The notes below the pieces were generated by a model. That model did not search any database, was not told the DNA's origin, and saw only the letters and a program-made list of their open reading frames with translations. Shown piece by piece: positions 1 through 13,734 of a DNA stretch of 64,000 bases; the first letter of the stretch is position 1, and the number at the start of each line of letters is the position of its first letter. This stretch comes from Chiloscyllium plagiosum (taxonomy: Eukaryota). Location of the stretch: the NCBI RefSeq assembly GCF_004010195.1, contig NC_057754.1, forward strand, positions 117,771 to 181,770. The letters run 5' to 3'. Both the position numbers and the translations under genes were made by a program.

Positions 1-581
1 AACCCCTTCACTCATTGTCAAATCAACCTCTGGACCAGGAGGGGCCCTGGAGGGAGCGACCGAGGGAACAGAGAGGACCCTGGAGGGAGCGACCGAGGGA
101 CCAGCAAAGGCGCCAGAGGGAGTTGCCACAGGAGCAGTGAGGGCCCAGGAGGGAGCAGGTGAGGGAGCAGCCAAGGCTTCAGATTCCATGTCACCATCTT
201 CAGTGGAATTGACTGGAGTCCAACAACCAGCCATGAGGCAGGAAGTCACCAAACCCAGCCCTTCAGGAAGGAGGGACACACAGAATGATCTAAGAGCCAA
301 AGATGGACAGAGCTTATTAGGGTCTGGTGACAGAGCCCAGCCCCAGTTAACCACAACTCCCCAGGCACTGAGCAAACTAACCCCCCAGCAAAACCCTGCC
401 ATCAAGAAAACGGGAATAGTCAAAGGCACAGCCCTTTGTCTGGCCCAGCCCCTCGTGGACATGGCCCCTCCCAGTGATTCCAAAGTGAGACCAGAGCTGA
501 AACCACAAACTGTCTTGGAGCCTGTGCAGATGGAAAGGCCTGTTGGTGGGGCAGCTTCTGATAGGCTGAGTAAAATGGCAG
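1..581 (+). CDS. RTN3: Reticulon-3-like gene: 3' end of the large N-terminal (long isoform) exon; 5' part lies outside the window
   Basis: Frame 2 is open from the window start (TPSLIVKSTSG...SKMA), P/S/E/Q-rich; donor GCAG|gtaaaag at 581/582 is phase 1 and joins in frame to the exon at 8260 (G+TG = V of VKDLIYWRD). Confidence 0.75.
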
Positions 582-1789
582 GTAAAAGCTTTGCTCTCTG
601 TACCTTCCTCATTTGATTAACTGCACCCATTGTCTTTTAACCCATTTGTCATCACCTTCATAAATCTGACCTACGTGCACTGAGCTGTCTGTCTGCTGAA
701 GTCTGTCTGTGTGAATCCCCATCAACAGCCTCAAGGTGTGTGAGATCCTGTTAGTTTATTTGTTTAGATTCTCACCCCATGTTCAAATCCCTCTGCGGCC
801 CTGACCCTCCCTATCTCTCTCACTTACTACAATACCCCACACTCCTCCCTATCTCTATGACCTCCGCCAGCCCCTATATATTCTCCCTATCTCTGTGTCC
901 TCCTCCAGCCCCTACAACCCCTTCCGATCTCTGTCACTACCTCCGGTTCTTGCCTCTCCAGCATCCCCCAGTTCCCATTGCTCCACCATTGGAGGTTGTG
1001 TCTTCAGGCACCTGGAGCCCAAACTTGGGAATTCCCTCCCTAAACCTCTCTGCATCTCTCCCTCCCCCTCCTGGTCTCCTGGAGATTAGAAGGCTGAGAG
1101 GTTCTCGTTCTCCCTACTCCCAGTCCTCGCTTTTGATGATGGCATAACTCGTGGTGAGTTGGTGGTGGGAAGGTCATTTGGTTGTGGGTGGTAACACTCC
1201 TAGATATTAAAAACAAGAATGAGAGGTGATCTCATTAAAAGGTAAAAGAGGCTGGAGGGTTTGGACAGGCTGAATATCTAGAGGATAGGCTGGAACTGAT
1301 AGGAGGGGTGATGGGCTGGAGGAGGTTACAGAGATAGGGAGGAGTGTGGAGGCCAGAGGAAGTTTGAGGGAAAGGACACTCTCATTGAGGACAGATGTGG
1401 ACAAATGTCCTGTGTCAGAGGGTGATTAGTGTTCTGCAGGAGGTAGTGGTGACTGGGTCATTGGATTTATCTGGAGTTGAGTTAGATTTTGGATGGGAAA
1501 TGTTTGTAAACCGGTTGACCATTCCTGTTCTGAGTGACTGATGGAGCAGAATACACTTTGGTTCTGCTATTGGCCAGTTCTAGTTTCGTTGATTTTACCT
1601 CCCTCATTCAGTGCCCTCTGCACCATTTATTTAATTCAATCTCCAACATCCGCAATGGCAGGATTCAAACCCAAGTCTCTGGGATATTGCCCGACACTCT
1701 GGGTTAATAGCTTAGTTATAAAACCACCTAGGTCATTGCTTCCCCTTATTGTTTATGTTGCTGCAAAGTAGAGGCTCACTAGATGGGTG

Positions 1790-2107
1790 CATCTCTGGCT
1801 AGGCCAGCATTTAATGCCCATCCCTAATTGTCCAGTGGGTAATTATGTCACCCACGTTGTTGTGGATCTGGAGTCACATATAGGCCAGACCAGGTAAGAA
1901 TGGCAGATTCCTTTCACTGAAGGATATTAGTGACCCAGATGGTTATTCTGACAATCAACAATAGTTTCCGTGGTCATCAGTAGACTCTTAATTCTCGATT
2001 CTTTATTCAGTTCAAATCCCAGCATCTGCCATAATGGGATTTGAATCCAGGTTCCAAATGCATTAACTGAGTTTCTGGATTAATGATATCACTAAACCAT
2101 TGCCTCC
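1790..2107 (-). mobile_element. Second SINE-like family (another copy at 5540-5883; fragments elsewhere)
   Basis: Two ~320-bp diverged copies sharing gcccatccctaattg...ggagtcacat...ggtaag.atggcag...attagtga.ccagatgg. Confidence 0.7.
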
Positions 2108-4269
2108 GAAGTAGTGCACAGCAAGATCCCAGACACAGCATACGAGACTGGTCAGATCATCAATTTGAGTGATGTTGAGTGAGGATTAAATATTAACTCC
2201 AACCAGAACTGTCCTGCTCTTCTGTCAATAACACTTTGGACTCTGAATGGCAGTGTCTCTGTAGCCAGCGTAGCACTGCCACAGCACTGCGCTGGGAGTG
2301 TTAGCCTGGAAGATGCAGTCAAGTTTTTTGGTGAGACTGGGATCGACCTGCTCCCATGTCAGGTGAGAGGATCTTTTGCAAGTTGTGGGGAAAGGAGAGG
2401 TGTTGAAGGGGTTATGTTCCCCCGTTCCTCAAACAAGATCCTCAAAATATGTTTCTTCTACAGTAGAACTGAAGAAGAGTCAGACCAGAATCGAAATCTG
2501 AACTATTTCTCTCTCCATTGATGAAGTCAGACCTGCCGAGTTTCTCCAACATTCTGTTTGTTTCTGCTACCGCCCACACTCCTCTGCACTTTGCAGTCAC
2601 CCCTATTGCTTCACCCCGGCCCTCAAATTTGTTATAGAATGGGGGCAAGGGGCTAATTTTTAAAATGTTCTTTAGTAAGTTTTCTGCATGTTGTTCACAG
2701 ACATTCCATGAATAGAAGAGCTCTTTATTCCTTGTCTGCGATGCCTGAGACTTACTCAACTTTGCTGCCTGCTGGCTATAGACTTCCGCTACCCCGTGAC
2801 AGGGAATGGTTTACATGCTTCTATTTTGAATGTTTATATTGGCAGATCGAATGCTTAAACATTCAGAAAGTGTTACTGAGGATTATGACAGTGGGACATG
2901 CAGAATAATCAGTGTCCCATGTGGTGAGTTGTTGAGGCCAAATTTAAACACAATCCTTGTCATCATAGAATCTCTGCAGCGTGGAAACAGGCCCTTTGGC
3001 CCAACAAGTCCACACTGAGCCTCTGAAGAGAAACCCACTCAGACCCATTCCCCTACCCTATATTTACCCCTGACTAATGCACCTAACCTACACATCTATG
3101 AACACTTAGGGAAATTTAGCATGGTCAATTCACCTAACCTGCACGTCTTTGGATTGTGGGAAGAAATTGGAGCACCCGGAGGAAACACGCAGACACCGGG
3201 AGAATGTGCAAACTCCACACAGAGTCGCTTGAGGCTGGAATCAAACCGGGTCCATGGCACTGTGTGGCAGCAGTGCTAACCAGTGTGCTGCCCACACTGA
3301 GTTGCAATGAGAGAGTGGAGGAAAACTGGACCAGGAACTGGGGATGTTATTAACTCCAGACTTGATCCTGAGTTTTAAACGAGTAGGTTCAATGTTCACA
3401 TTAGTAGCAGAAACGTCCTCCTGTAAACATGTTATGTTGTAATTACATCTCCTCCCTTATTGGTTGTTCAATGGTTGTTCTCCCACCCCACTCCCAAACT
3501 GGAATACAAAAAATAAAGACCAGGAGTAGGCCATTCTGCCCCTTAGGCCTGTTCTATCATTCAACCAGATCATGAATAACCTTCCACCTCAACACCATAT
3601 TTCTGTCCTACCCCATTTGCTTTGGTGTCTTTGTCATTTAGAAATCTGTGAATTCGTGAACCTGCCCAGTGATAGAGTATCCAAAGCCTCTGGGGTATAG
3701 AAATCCACAAAGATTCACCATCCTCTGAGTGAAGGGATTCCTCCTTATCTCTGTCCTGAATGGTCTGCCCTTTCCCTGAAATCGTCCCAGCTTCTAGCTG
3801 CTGCTCCCTCCTCCCAGGCTGGGGAAAACAGATGTTTGGAGGGTAGACTCAATGAGCCGCATGGCCTTTTTCTGTACTGTAGGGATTCCAAGGTCCTGTC
3901 TACTTCCAATTTGTTGAGCCCTTTAAGAGTTGTGCATGTTACAATGAGATTACCTCTCGTTCTTCGAAACTCTGGAGAATCCAGACCTAGTCTCCTCGTG
4001 GGATAGTCTCGTCAGGTAGGGATTGAGTCATTACAGTGTGTCTGTTGACAGTTGTTATAAATGAACAGGCAGGAATTTATAATGGAGGTGGGGTGTATTG
4101 TATATGTGCAGTATACTGTAAAACTAACTGCTTGATGAAAGATGAGGTCATGAGGGTGTCTCTGTTCTTTGTGACTGTATCATGCTATGGGTTTAGTGGT
4201 TAATTTCAGAGTGGAATTTTCATGCAGTGATTTATCCTAGTGAATCAAGATGAATGAAGAATGTTTACT

Positions 4270-6900
4270 CAGTGGAATTTAGAAGAATGGAGAGTGGGGT
4301 GTTGGAAATCTTATAGAAACATATAAAATTATGAAGGGAATAGATAAGCAGGGAGGTTGTTCCCACTGGTGGGTGAAACTAGAACTAGGGGGCATAGCCT
4401 CAAAATACAGGGGAACAGATTTCTGACTGAGTTGAGGAGGAACCTCTTCACCCAAAGTGTTGTGAATCTATGGAATTCCCTGCCCAGTGAAGCAGTTGAG
4501 GCTACCTCATTTAAATGTTTTTAAAGCAAAGTTAGATTTTTGAACAGTAAAGGAATGAAGAGTTATGGTAAGAGGGCAGGTAAGTGGAGCTGAGTCCACA
4601 AAGAAATCAGCCATGATCTTATTGAATGGCGGAGCAGGCTCGACGGGCCATATCGCCTACTCCTGCTCCGAGTTCTTGTGTTGTCCTTACCCTAGCTTAT
4701 TCCCAAGCCTGGACTTTGCATATGCATTGTGGATTCCTCTGGGGCATTCTCCCCTGTGCACCCCCATAAATATCCCATAATTGCTGTCGTTAATCTGACG
4801 ACCCCACCCACCCCCTTCTCACACCCCACACACACACAGTACTATCACTGCTGGGGGAAAGTGACTGAATGGTGCTAAAGACTGAGAAATCCACCCCCCC
4901 CCCCCCCCCCCCCCCAGACCTGTTTGGATGCAGCCCAGCATATTAAAGAATACTAAAACCTTTTTATTCTAAAAGATGAAAGAGACAGCCGAAGTAACTT
5001 GCTCATTACCTTAACTTCTGTCATTGGGAAAACATTAGACTGTATTCTAAAGGAGGTAATAGTGCACAGTGTTCCTACAAACTTTATTTTCTTTTGTGAC
5101 AATCTCTGAGATCTGACTCAGATACCAATGCTGCGAATGGTGTCAACACAACAAGGTAAAAACAATGACTGCAGATGCTGGAAACCAGATTCTGGATTAG
5201 AGTGGTGCTGGAAGAGCACAGCAGTTCAGGCAGCATCCGAGGAGCAGTAAAACCGACATTTCAGGCAAAAGCCCTTCATCAGGAAAAGCCCTTCTTCAAC
5301 ACAACAATCCCTGGGCATGGAAGGTCAGAGTCAGGGTCTAGAAAGAATGTTCACAGCAGAGCATTTGGAAATGGGTAATGTGATAGAGCAAAGACAGCAT
5401 GACTTCATGAGGGGGAAACCATGTCTGACAAGTTTGCTATCTGTTCAAAGAACTGTAATAATCAGGATAGATAAAGGGGAAGCAGTAAATGAAATATGTT
5501 GGACTTCCAAAAGGCATCTGATAAGGATTTAGTTTTAATTCATTCATGGGATGTGGATGTCACTGGCAGACCAGCGTTTATTGTCCATCCCTAATTGCCC
5601 AGAGGGCAGTTAAGAGTTAAACACATTGCTGTGTGTTTGGAGTGACATGTAGACCAGATCGGGTAAGGATGGCAGTTTCCTTCCCTAAATGACATTAGTG
5701 AACCAGATGGGGTTTTTTCAATACTGGATCCATGGCCACCTTTAGATCCTAATTCCAGATATTTTTATTGAATTCAAATTCCACCATCTGCCTTGGCAGG
5801 ATTCAAACCCGGGTCTCCAGTACATGACCTGGGTCTCTGGATTAACAGTCCAGCGATAATGCCATTAGTCCATCACCTCCCCCTGAGGTACTGCACATAC
5901 AGCGATCTAATAAGACAAGAGCCCATGAGGGTAGTGTTTAGCATGGATAGAGGATTAGCTAATGAAGACTAAGTGTTGGAATGTGGCATCCATTTTCAGG
6001 ATTTCAACCTGTAACTAGTAGAGCTGAGGCCGTAATTATTGACAATATCTGTTGATGACTTTGAAGAAACGGAATATGCTGTAATTGAGCTTGTGGATGA
6101 CAAAAATAGATGGGAAGTCAAGTGCTGAGGATGACACCAAGTCTGCAGAGGGATACAGACTGGTTGAGTGAGTGGTAAAACTTGACAGATGGAATATAAT
6201 GTGGGAAGCTGTGAGGTTCTGCACTTTGGCAGGAAGAATACAAAAGCTGAGTATTATTTAAATGGAAAAAAACTGCAGCAAGCAGCAGAACAGAGGGATG
6301 TGGGGAGTCTTCATTCATGAATCACAAAAAGTGAGCATCCAAGTTCATTGGGTAATAGAGAAGGCAAATGTTGGCATTTATTTCAAATGGAACGTAAAAT
6401 TAGGGAGTTTTTGCTTAAACTATACAAGGCACTAGTCAGGTCTCAGCTGGAATATTGTGAACAGTTTTCATCCCCTTATAATAAGAAAGATACGCTAGTA
6501 TTGGAGACAGTCCACAGAAGGTTCACTTGGCTGATCCCGGGTGTGGAAGGAGACTGAATGGTTTGTGTGTACTCACTGAAGTTATAAGAATTAAAGATAT
6601 TCAGGATTCTTAGAAGACTTGATAATGTAGCTGCAAAGAGGTTGTTTCCCCTTTTGGATGGGTTTACAATCTGAGTAAGAGGTCACCCTTTTAAGACCAA
6701 GCTTCTTTGAGGCTAGCAATCTGTGGAATTGTTCACTGCAGAGGGCTGCCGTGTAAGTATATCAGGGTTGAGAGAGACAGATTTTTAATTAGTAAGGGAA
6801 TGAAGGGTTATGGGGAAAAGGCAGGAAAGTGGCATTGAGGATTATCAGATCACATTCAGTGGGGGAGCGGACTTGATGGGCTGAATGGTCTACAGTTTGC
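4270..6900 (+). mobile_element. Cluster of decayed CR1-type LINE fragments interrupted by a SINE-like element (5540-5883) and a Penelope end
   Basis: QHDFMRGKPCLTSL, LYKALVRSQLEYCEQF and CR1-like 3' tails. Confidence 0.75.
5155..5295 (-). mobile_element. Short Penelope-end insertion with 12-bp TSD
   Basis: Similar to 46976-47105; tcaacacaacaa at 5143-5154 and 5296-5307. Confidence 0.7.
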
Positions 6901-7479
6901 CCTTGAGGCATGGTTTCTTATTTTCACTGGCTCTGATTTGAAGAAGGTTATGTTGGGGACTGATTTGGATTGTGTCAGTAATCTTGTTTGTACAATCTGT
7001 GTGAATGAGTTGTTTGTGTACAAAGAGTAGATTAGGTCATTGCTCTGTAATCCAGTCAGCTGCTTCACTCTCTCAGCTCTGAATCAGTAACAGCTTTGAT
7101 GCATTCTGACGACTCTCCTTATTTTCCCTCTGTCTCCTGCTCCTCTATTCCCCAGGTGTGACTGTGGCAGTATGGGATATGATGTTAATGCCTTCAATAA
7201 ATAAGTATTCATTTTTACAGGGATTACCAGAGAGGGGAAGGATGGATGATATTGGCTGCGTGGCTGAACAGCTCATGGGGACTCCCTAGGCTGCTGGTCA
7301 TTTGTATGTGTGTGTGTCTCTCGCTCTTTTTTTTCTCATCCTCTATTTCTCAACCTCTCTTTCTGTTTGCCCCGCTCTCTCTCACCCCACACCTTCGCCC
7401 TCTCCTTCCGCCCCCCTTGCCCTCTCCTTTTTCCCCCCCCCCCTCCTTTTTTTTTCTCTTTCTCTTGGACCTCTCCGCC

Positions 7480-7700
7480 CCCACCCCAGTCTGACCTATC
7501 ACCCTCACCTTGACCTCGCTCCACCTATCGCAATTCCAACGCCCCTCCCCGAAGTCCCTCCTCCCTACCTTTTATCTTAGCCTGCTGGACAAACTTTCCT
7601 CATTCCTGAAGAAGGGCTTATGCCCGAAACGTCGATTCTCCTGTTCCCTGGATGCTGCCTGACCTGCTGCGCTTTTCTAGCAACACATTTCCAGCTCTGA
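7480..7700 (+). mobile_element. Penelope-like element 3' end in an RTN3 intron
   Basis: Near identical to 25785-25965 and 60450-60650. Confidence 0.8.
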
Positions 7701-8259
7701 CACACAACTCATTGTGTTTATTGCCTATCTGTCCACGTGCTGGTGATGACAGTACTGCTGCTTGCAGCCTCACTTAGTGTTCACACCGAATGTAGCTCCC
7801 ACATGTTATCTATGGCCCCTGGAGACTCACTGTTCTACCTGCACCAGCATATTCCCATTGAGAGAGGTCACCTCATCCCAATGATCACTGGGGTGGGGAC
7901 AGGGCCGTCACTTGAGTACCTGGCTTCAGCGTCAGGTTGGTTCAGTCCTTTATCAGGGGGTGTCCCAAGCTTAATGGTGTGTGGATGGATGAGACTGTGG
8001 GGTGTCTCCCACTTTGATTTGGGCGAGTAAATGCTTCATAGGGAGGTGCGTAGGGCTAGGCAGGGTGTGAGTGGGGCAAGAGACTGAGTGCTTTTAGATT
8101 AATTGACACATCCAAGGTTGTTCATTTCACACCCATGCACCACCTTCCACTCCTTCCACAGCAGCTCTAGGTGTGCCTTGGGGAGAGACCAAGGGTGCAC
8201 TAGGAATGTACCTGCCATGGTTCCTGATGAATATAGTTTTTCTCTCTCTCCCTCTACAG

Positions 8260-8467
8260 TGAAGGATTTGATCTACTGGCGTGATCCTAAGAAGACAGGG
8301 GTTGTGTTTGGATCCATTCTGACCTTGTTGGTCTCGCTGGCAGTGTTTAGTGTGGTCAGTGTGTTGGCCTATCTTGTGCTGGCTTTGTTGTCCGTCACCA
8401 TCAGTTTCCGCATCTACAAGTCCGTGGTACAGGCTGTGCAGAAAACCAACGATGGAAATCCCTTCAA
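8260..8467 (+). CDS. RTN3: Reticulon homology domain exon 1 (208 bp)
   Basis: ctacag| acceptor, AA|gtaag donor; [70 protein letters not shown] is the canonical start of the reticulon domain. Confidence 0.95.
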
Positions 8468-8893
8468 GTAAGATTGCTGAAATGGTTTTTGGAGCGTGAA
8501 TGTCTATTTGATCATTTCCACTGCCTATCCCCCTCCAGTTCCTCCCCTGAGGTTGGGGTTGCGGTTGAGGGTGGGGTGGGGAATAGCATGTGTGGAAGAT
8601 TCACAAATATTTCATAGTCTTTGGGCAGTGTGTGGTTCCATCCAGAGACATCGTCTTGCAGATTGTATGGAGGACTCAGAGAGGCATCCCTGTCTTGTTT
8701 GATGGTTCAGGGTGCTGGAGCCGGATTACATTGATTTTCTTCCCCCCCCCCCACCGTGCCCCCGCAACTGGCCTGCTCTTCAGAACAGCCAGTGATTAAA
8801 CGGAACTGTCTGAATTGGATGGGGAACAGCAGGTCGAATTTGTCTTGAAACTGAGGCTGTGCCAGTGACAGGATCTGTCTTCATTCTGTTCAG

Positions 8894-9032
8894 GCCTTAT
8901 CTGGAACAGGATATCACCTTGTCTTCGGAAACATTCCATAAATACTGCACCATTGGCTTCACCCACTTGAACAGAGTGCTGAAATATCTGCTGCAGCTCT
9001 TCCTGGTCCAGGATCTAGTGGATTCACTGAAG
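8894..9032 (+). CDS. RTN3: Reticulon homology domain exon 2 (139 bp)
   Basis: ttcag| acceptor, AAG|gttggt donor; PYLEQDITLSSETFHKY...LFLVQDLVDSLK. Confidence 0.95.
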
Positions 9033-9182
9033 GTTGGTGACTGAACTGTAATGTTTGGGCTCTGATTTTAATTACAGGCCATGATGAATTTGCAATAAAA
9101 CCTGGCTTCTCCCTCTTTCTCTTCCCCTCTCCCTCCAACCTGCTCCCTTTTCTCCCCCCCCCCCCACTTTATTCTCTCTGCC

Positions 9183-9223
<41 letters not shown>

Positions 9224-9365
9224 CTCTCTCGCTCTGTCTCCCCTGTCAATCCCTCTTGCCCCTTCCCTGGTGTGGGTGCAGGTTTTCTGGGGTTGGGACT
9301 GAGCTGGGTCTAGGAAGCTTGCACTCCATCATCTTATGCCTGACATTTGCCTGTTCTGTCCGCAG

Positions 9366-9435
9366 CTTGCAGTTCTCATGTGGCTGATGACCTACGTTGG
9401 AGCTGTCTTCAATGGGTTGACTCTCCTGATTCTGG
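9366..9435 (+). CDS. RTN3: Reticulon homology domain exon 3 (70 bp)
   Basis: cgcag| acceptor, G|gtatg donor; LAVLMWLMTYVGAVFNGLTLLIL. Confidence 0.95.
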
Positions 9436-9884
9436 GTATGTTATAGCCTCAGGCTGTTTGATTGTTGTGAATCTGAACAAAGTCATTTCCTGTGGAAGAG
9501 AAACCCGGGGCTGGAGAATTGTTGTGGAGGAGGGGTGAGACCGTGTGCAGGGATTGGGGGTGATTTGGGGTGGGCCATGTTCTGGATATGGGTGGGGTGG
9601 AACATTGGGTAGGTGAGGTTTGGGTAAGGGGGTGCATATTCAGGATGTGGATTGGGAGAGAGCCAGTTTGGGTGGGTAGGGGAGGGAGATCTCATGGTGG
9701 CAGGAGGAGCTTAGACCCTTTGTGTGGGTGGGGGAAGACTTGGTGTTTGCCTGGGGCTGGGTGGGATCTGGTATGGGATGAGATGGGAGAGACTGGAACT
9801 GGTGCATTGCGTCGGATAGCTGTCAGCATTGTGTATTTGTAGCTTGTTCTAACTGTGGTTATTTCTCTCCTTTGCTCTGTCTAG

Positions 9885-9931
9885 CTGTACTGTTGACCTT
9901 CAGCGTCCCGATCATCTATCAAGCTTACCAG
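9885..9931 (+). CDS. RTN3: Reticulon homology domain exon 4 (47 bp)
   Basis: ctag| acceptor, CAG|gtagg donor; AVLLTFSVPIIYQAYQ. Confidence 0.93.
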
Positions 9932-10454
9932 GTAGGTTCTTGATGGGCGGAGGCGGGGTGCTGCTGTAGGCAGTGTGTGCGCCCTGGGGTTATTCCCTCG
10001 CACACTGTTGTGTGTGTCCTGTTGAATAGCGGGACAGGTGGGGAATCAGTTAGCTCTGTTGGCTGGATGGCTGGCAATACAGGGAAATGCCAAAAGCTTG
10101 GGTTCAATTCCTGCCCCCACCAGCTCAAATGACCATTAAGGAACAACCACCTGAAACCCACTCACCATCTCTGTCTGATGAAAGAGCAGCCTTGTGGTGT
10201 AGTAGCACTATGGCAATTTTACCTGTAATGGGACAAGGTGGGCTGAATCTTTCAGGGTCTCAATCAGGATCTCAAGGTGCATGTGACTTGGGGGCTGAGT
10301 GAGTGCGAGGATTCTGTTGTGTTTGGGTTGCTGGCTTCAGACTGTGGGGCTCACTAGGATCTGTCTGTGGTCACTGCCCCTGAGATCAGCAGAGATGTGA
10401 TTTGGAAAGTTATTTCAGGAGGAACTGTAACTCCTTTGTTTTTTTTTAATACAG

Positions 10455-10513
10455 ACACAGATTGATCATTACATTGAACTAGTTCAGAAGCAGGCAACCT
10501 GTGCTTTTGGGAA
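10455..10513 (+). CDS. RTN3: Reticulon homology domain exon 5 (59 bp)
   Basis: T-tract then acag| acceptor, AA|gtaagt donor; TQIDHYIELVQKQATCAFGK. Confidence 0.93.
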
Positions 10514-10933
10514 GTAAGTATTTTTTAAATTCTCTGAAATGCTTCTTATGGGGGGACTTGTTCAAGCTGGGGATATAGGAAAGTACCAGCAGTGGGTGGA
10601 GATGAATGATTACTCCTCCACTCCGTCCCTAGAATCTGACTTATGGGGAGGACTGAGGGGACAAAGCCAAATGTGTTCCTAGTCAAGCCTGACTCTCTGG
10701 TATCTGGTTCTGTTCAATATGTGGGATCACTGTGCGTGGCTGTATTAGAGTGAAGTCCAGGCAAAGAATCTGAATCCCTTCTCTAACAACTACAGCTCTC
10801 TTCCCTTGAAGAGATGTCACTGTCTCAGTTTTGAGGCTGTGGTCTCTGCCTTCACCCCAACTCTTGGCACAGAATATTCAGCATTTCTCTTTTTTTTAAA
10901 TTGAAAGCCCTCACCCAATCTGTCGCTATATCT

Positions 10934-11245
10934 CAGTGGCACAGCGGTTGGCACTGAGAGATCCGGGTTTGATTCCACCCTCGGGTGACTATCTCTGTGG
11001 AGTTTGCATATTCTCTCTTGTGAATGTATGGGTTTCTACCAGATGCTCCGGGTTCCTCCCACAGTCCAAAGTTTTGCAGGTTAGATTGGATTTGCCAGCT
11101 AAATTGTCCATAGTGTGGGTTAGCTATGGGAAATGCAGGGTTACAGGGATAGCGTAAGGGGGTGGGTCTGAGTGGGATGCTATTTGGAGGTTCGGTGTGA
11201 ACTCGCTGGGCCAAATGGCCTGCTTCCACACTGTAGGGATTCTGT
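10934..11245 (+). mobile_element. tRNA-derived SINE (shark HE1/V-SINE-like); further copies near 2961-3290 (-), 33000-33145, 43610-44075, 46275-46590, 59205-59495 (-)
   Basis: A/B-box-like head, shared core tgtggagtttgca...ttctc...gggtttc...gctccggtttcctcccacagtccaaaga, and a CR1-like tail ...ccacactgtagggattct. Family name is an inference. Confidence 0.8.
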
Positions 11246-11432
11246 GATATGCACATTATTCCAAAGAACAAATCTGTTCTTGCAAAATCAGCCCTCCGCT
11301 TTGTATGTTGTTCATTCAGATAATTTTGTGTTTTCAGTCCCCAGATAGTGCATTTGTGCTTTTGGTTCTGACGAATTTTCCAGATAATGCTAACCTGTGA
11401 ATGTGTGTGTCTCTCTCTTTCTCTATACTCAG

Positions 11433-11475
11433 GATCCAAGAGAAGCTTCCAGGCGCAAAACGAAAGAGCGAGTAA
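11433..11475 (+). CDS. RTN3: Reticulon terminal coding exon
   Basis: ctcag| acceptor; IQEKLPGAKRKSE-TAA, a typical reticulon C-terminus with a basic ER-retention-like tail. RTN3 preferred over RTN1/RTN4 from LAVLMWLMTYVG, KLPG and tail-to-tail linkage with ZFTA. Confidence 0.92.
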
Positions 11476-12532
11476 CAGCAGGGGAGACCCTGCTCAGCAC
11501 CCTCCATTGCCACTCCTCCCTTTGTCCTCGCTACTAAACTAAAACTCTGTATTGGAACTAAATGCTTGCTGTCTGTCTGCTTGGGCCTGTGTGCCACCAT
11601 TCCTGCTGTTGTGGACTGCTTCCAGGAATTTGCTACTTGTTCTTGCCTCCCCCACACCCTCACCCTCTACCCCCAGGTCGATCTCAGCCAGCAAGGGGGT
11701 CACTAGTATGTTGTGTGTGTCTGTTGATCACTGGCTTAAGACACATTCCTTTCTGCTGCTTCTGTTTCAATGAGATTATAAATATATATATTTTCTGTTT
11801 TGCCCTTCTCTGAAAGACACTGTCTGTAAACTGCTGTAGAAATTACTGAGCAACAACAGGGTGGAGATCAAGAGAGAATCAATCTCCTTCCCCCAATTGT
11901 GTATATAATTGAGGGTGCATGTGAAAATATTTGTCATTGTAACTGAACAGTCTTTGAGAAACTGGGGGAGGAGTAGGAAATAGGCAAGTGACGGATGAAT
12001 TTCTGAATTGTAAGTGATGTATGTCTGTAGTTAGTGTGTGTGTGTATATACGCCAATCTGCCCCATTCCCCCTACCAGGTTTCAGTACTGGCTTTGCAAA
12101 AGTAACTGTCCTTCCCCCTCCCACCCCCTGACCTTGAGTCCTGTTTGAAAAGGACACTACGCTCTGTGGTGCTGTTCTCATTTCAATCCCCCACTTGCCT
12201 GCTTGGTCCATTGTGTGAGATAACCACAGATTGACATTCATTAAGAGATATTCCTGCAGCAAACTTCATCAAGGGATGGCATGGCAATCTCAACAAAATG
12301 GTTAACCTCAAGGTACACTAGCTATTGATCAGAAGGACGGGTGGGTGTTTAGGGGAGGAGCTATGATCTTTGGAATATGCCCCATTAGGAGGGCAGGGCA
12401 GATAACAGCAGGACTAAGCCCATGTCCTCCTCTTTCTGACTCTGTGTACTCGCACAGTTGTAACTCTGTATAGAACACTGGAGGGCGAAGTGGTGTGGGA
12501 CTGCATGGTGTGCGATTGTCCTCTCCCTACCT

Positions 12533-13318
12533 AATAAAGGCCTGCCCTATATTGGGGGCTTGCGTGGACATAGTAGAACCTGCAACCTTTTTAAAAAAAA
12601 AACAGAATTCCTATTGCTTTGATTGTACTTAAACAAGCTCCTAGACATTGAACTGGTTGTTTTTAATTTTAATTGCTTAACTTTGTAGTTTATGATTCAC
12701 TTCCCTCCCTTACTGTGCTGCACCAAGAGCGCACATCACAAAGGCATAACACCTTCATTGTTGGCCCAAAACTCTGAATTAATCCACTTCCATGTCAGGA
12801 TTCAGCTTTTGACCAAGTGAAAAGTTGAAATTGGCTTCTGAGGTATGTAAATCATGAGTCGAGGGGTTTGGCCACTGTGTTGGCAAACCTATAGCCCATT
12901 ATTGAGAGCTATAGCACTCTTCACTGAGCTTAGGTTTATCCATACAAATACTTAAGGGTGAGGTTAGCCACCCCATCTGTTGGCTAAAGCCCTTCATGAA
13001 TTCATGTCAGGACATTGCTGTAGCTACACACAGCCTGAGATAACATTATAACTGCAGTTATACCTTCCCTCTGTCTTTCCATTCTCTAACTTCCCACCCA
13101 CCGCAGGACTGTTTGGGCAGTTGAAACCTGATGTTTTAATGTTTGTCTAGTGTTACCATAAGGTCGGGTTTTTTAGAGCCAATTGTGTTTTTGAGGGAGC
13201 GAATTGAACAGGGGAAGTATAACTGAGTGCTCGGAAATCTGTGTATGTTAGGATTAGATGGAACTGTTGAGAATCAGACAATTCCTGCAAAAATGTTATT
13301 GTGAAGTTGATAATTAAA
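12533..13318 (+). promoter_or_regulatory. Candidate RTN3 polyadenylation signals (AATAAA 12533-12538; ATTAAA 13313-13318)
   Basis: Hexamers lie in a transposon-poor stretch after the stop codon; the distal one is followed by GT-rich sequence. Confidence 0.45.
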
Positions 13319-13734
13319 TTACATCCTTATTGTTTACATGGTCTCCTGTCTATGTGTAAAAGATTTCTTTTGAATTTTACTTAGTGATTTCTGACAAATC
13401 GAGGTATATTCCTCTAAGTGCAAATGCTGCAGTCTCTCAGCCGGGGGTGGCGCAGATAGTTCCAGCAGGGGTTTCTGAATTGTCTTGGCAAGTCATATTG
13501 TAAGTAGTAACCAAACTAACTGGATGTTAAGTAGACGCTGGACCAATCCCACTCTGTATAACTCCACTCCAGTTTGCTTATGCACCTTCTGCTGCTCCTT
13601 ATTTATATGCTGTTCCTACCATGTTCACCCCTTAATTCTAATCCGGAACCATTGTGGCCAAACCAGCCCCCACACACCATCACTATCATTCAATCTGCAC
13701 CTTCCAAATCCGCAACCACTACCATCTAGTGAGC

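Noticed and set aside
7110..7290. Strong polypyrimidine tract and cccag acceptor at 7155 in the RTN3 intron, a possible alternative exon
   Set aside because: No convincing frame-preserving donor and no recognisable peptide; cannot be supported without transcripts.
10934..11000. tRNA-like heads here and near 33000, 43620 and 46280
   Set aside because: No complete cloverleaf, and each continues into a shared SINE body.
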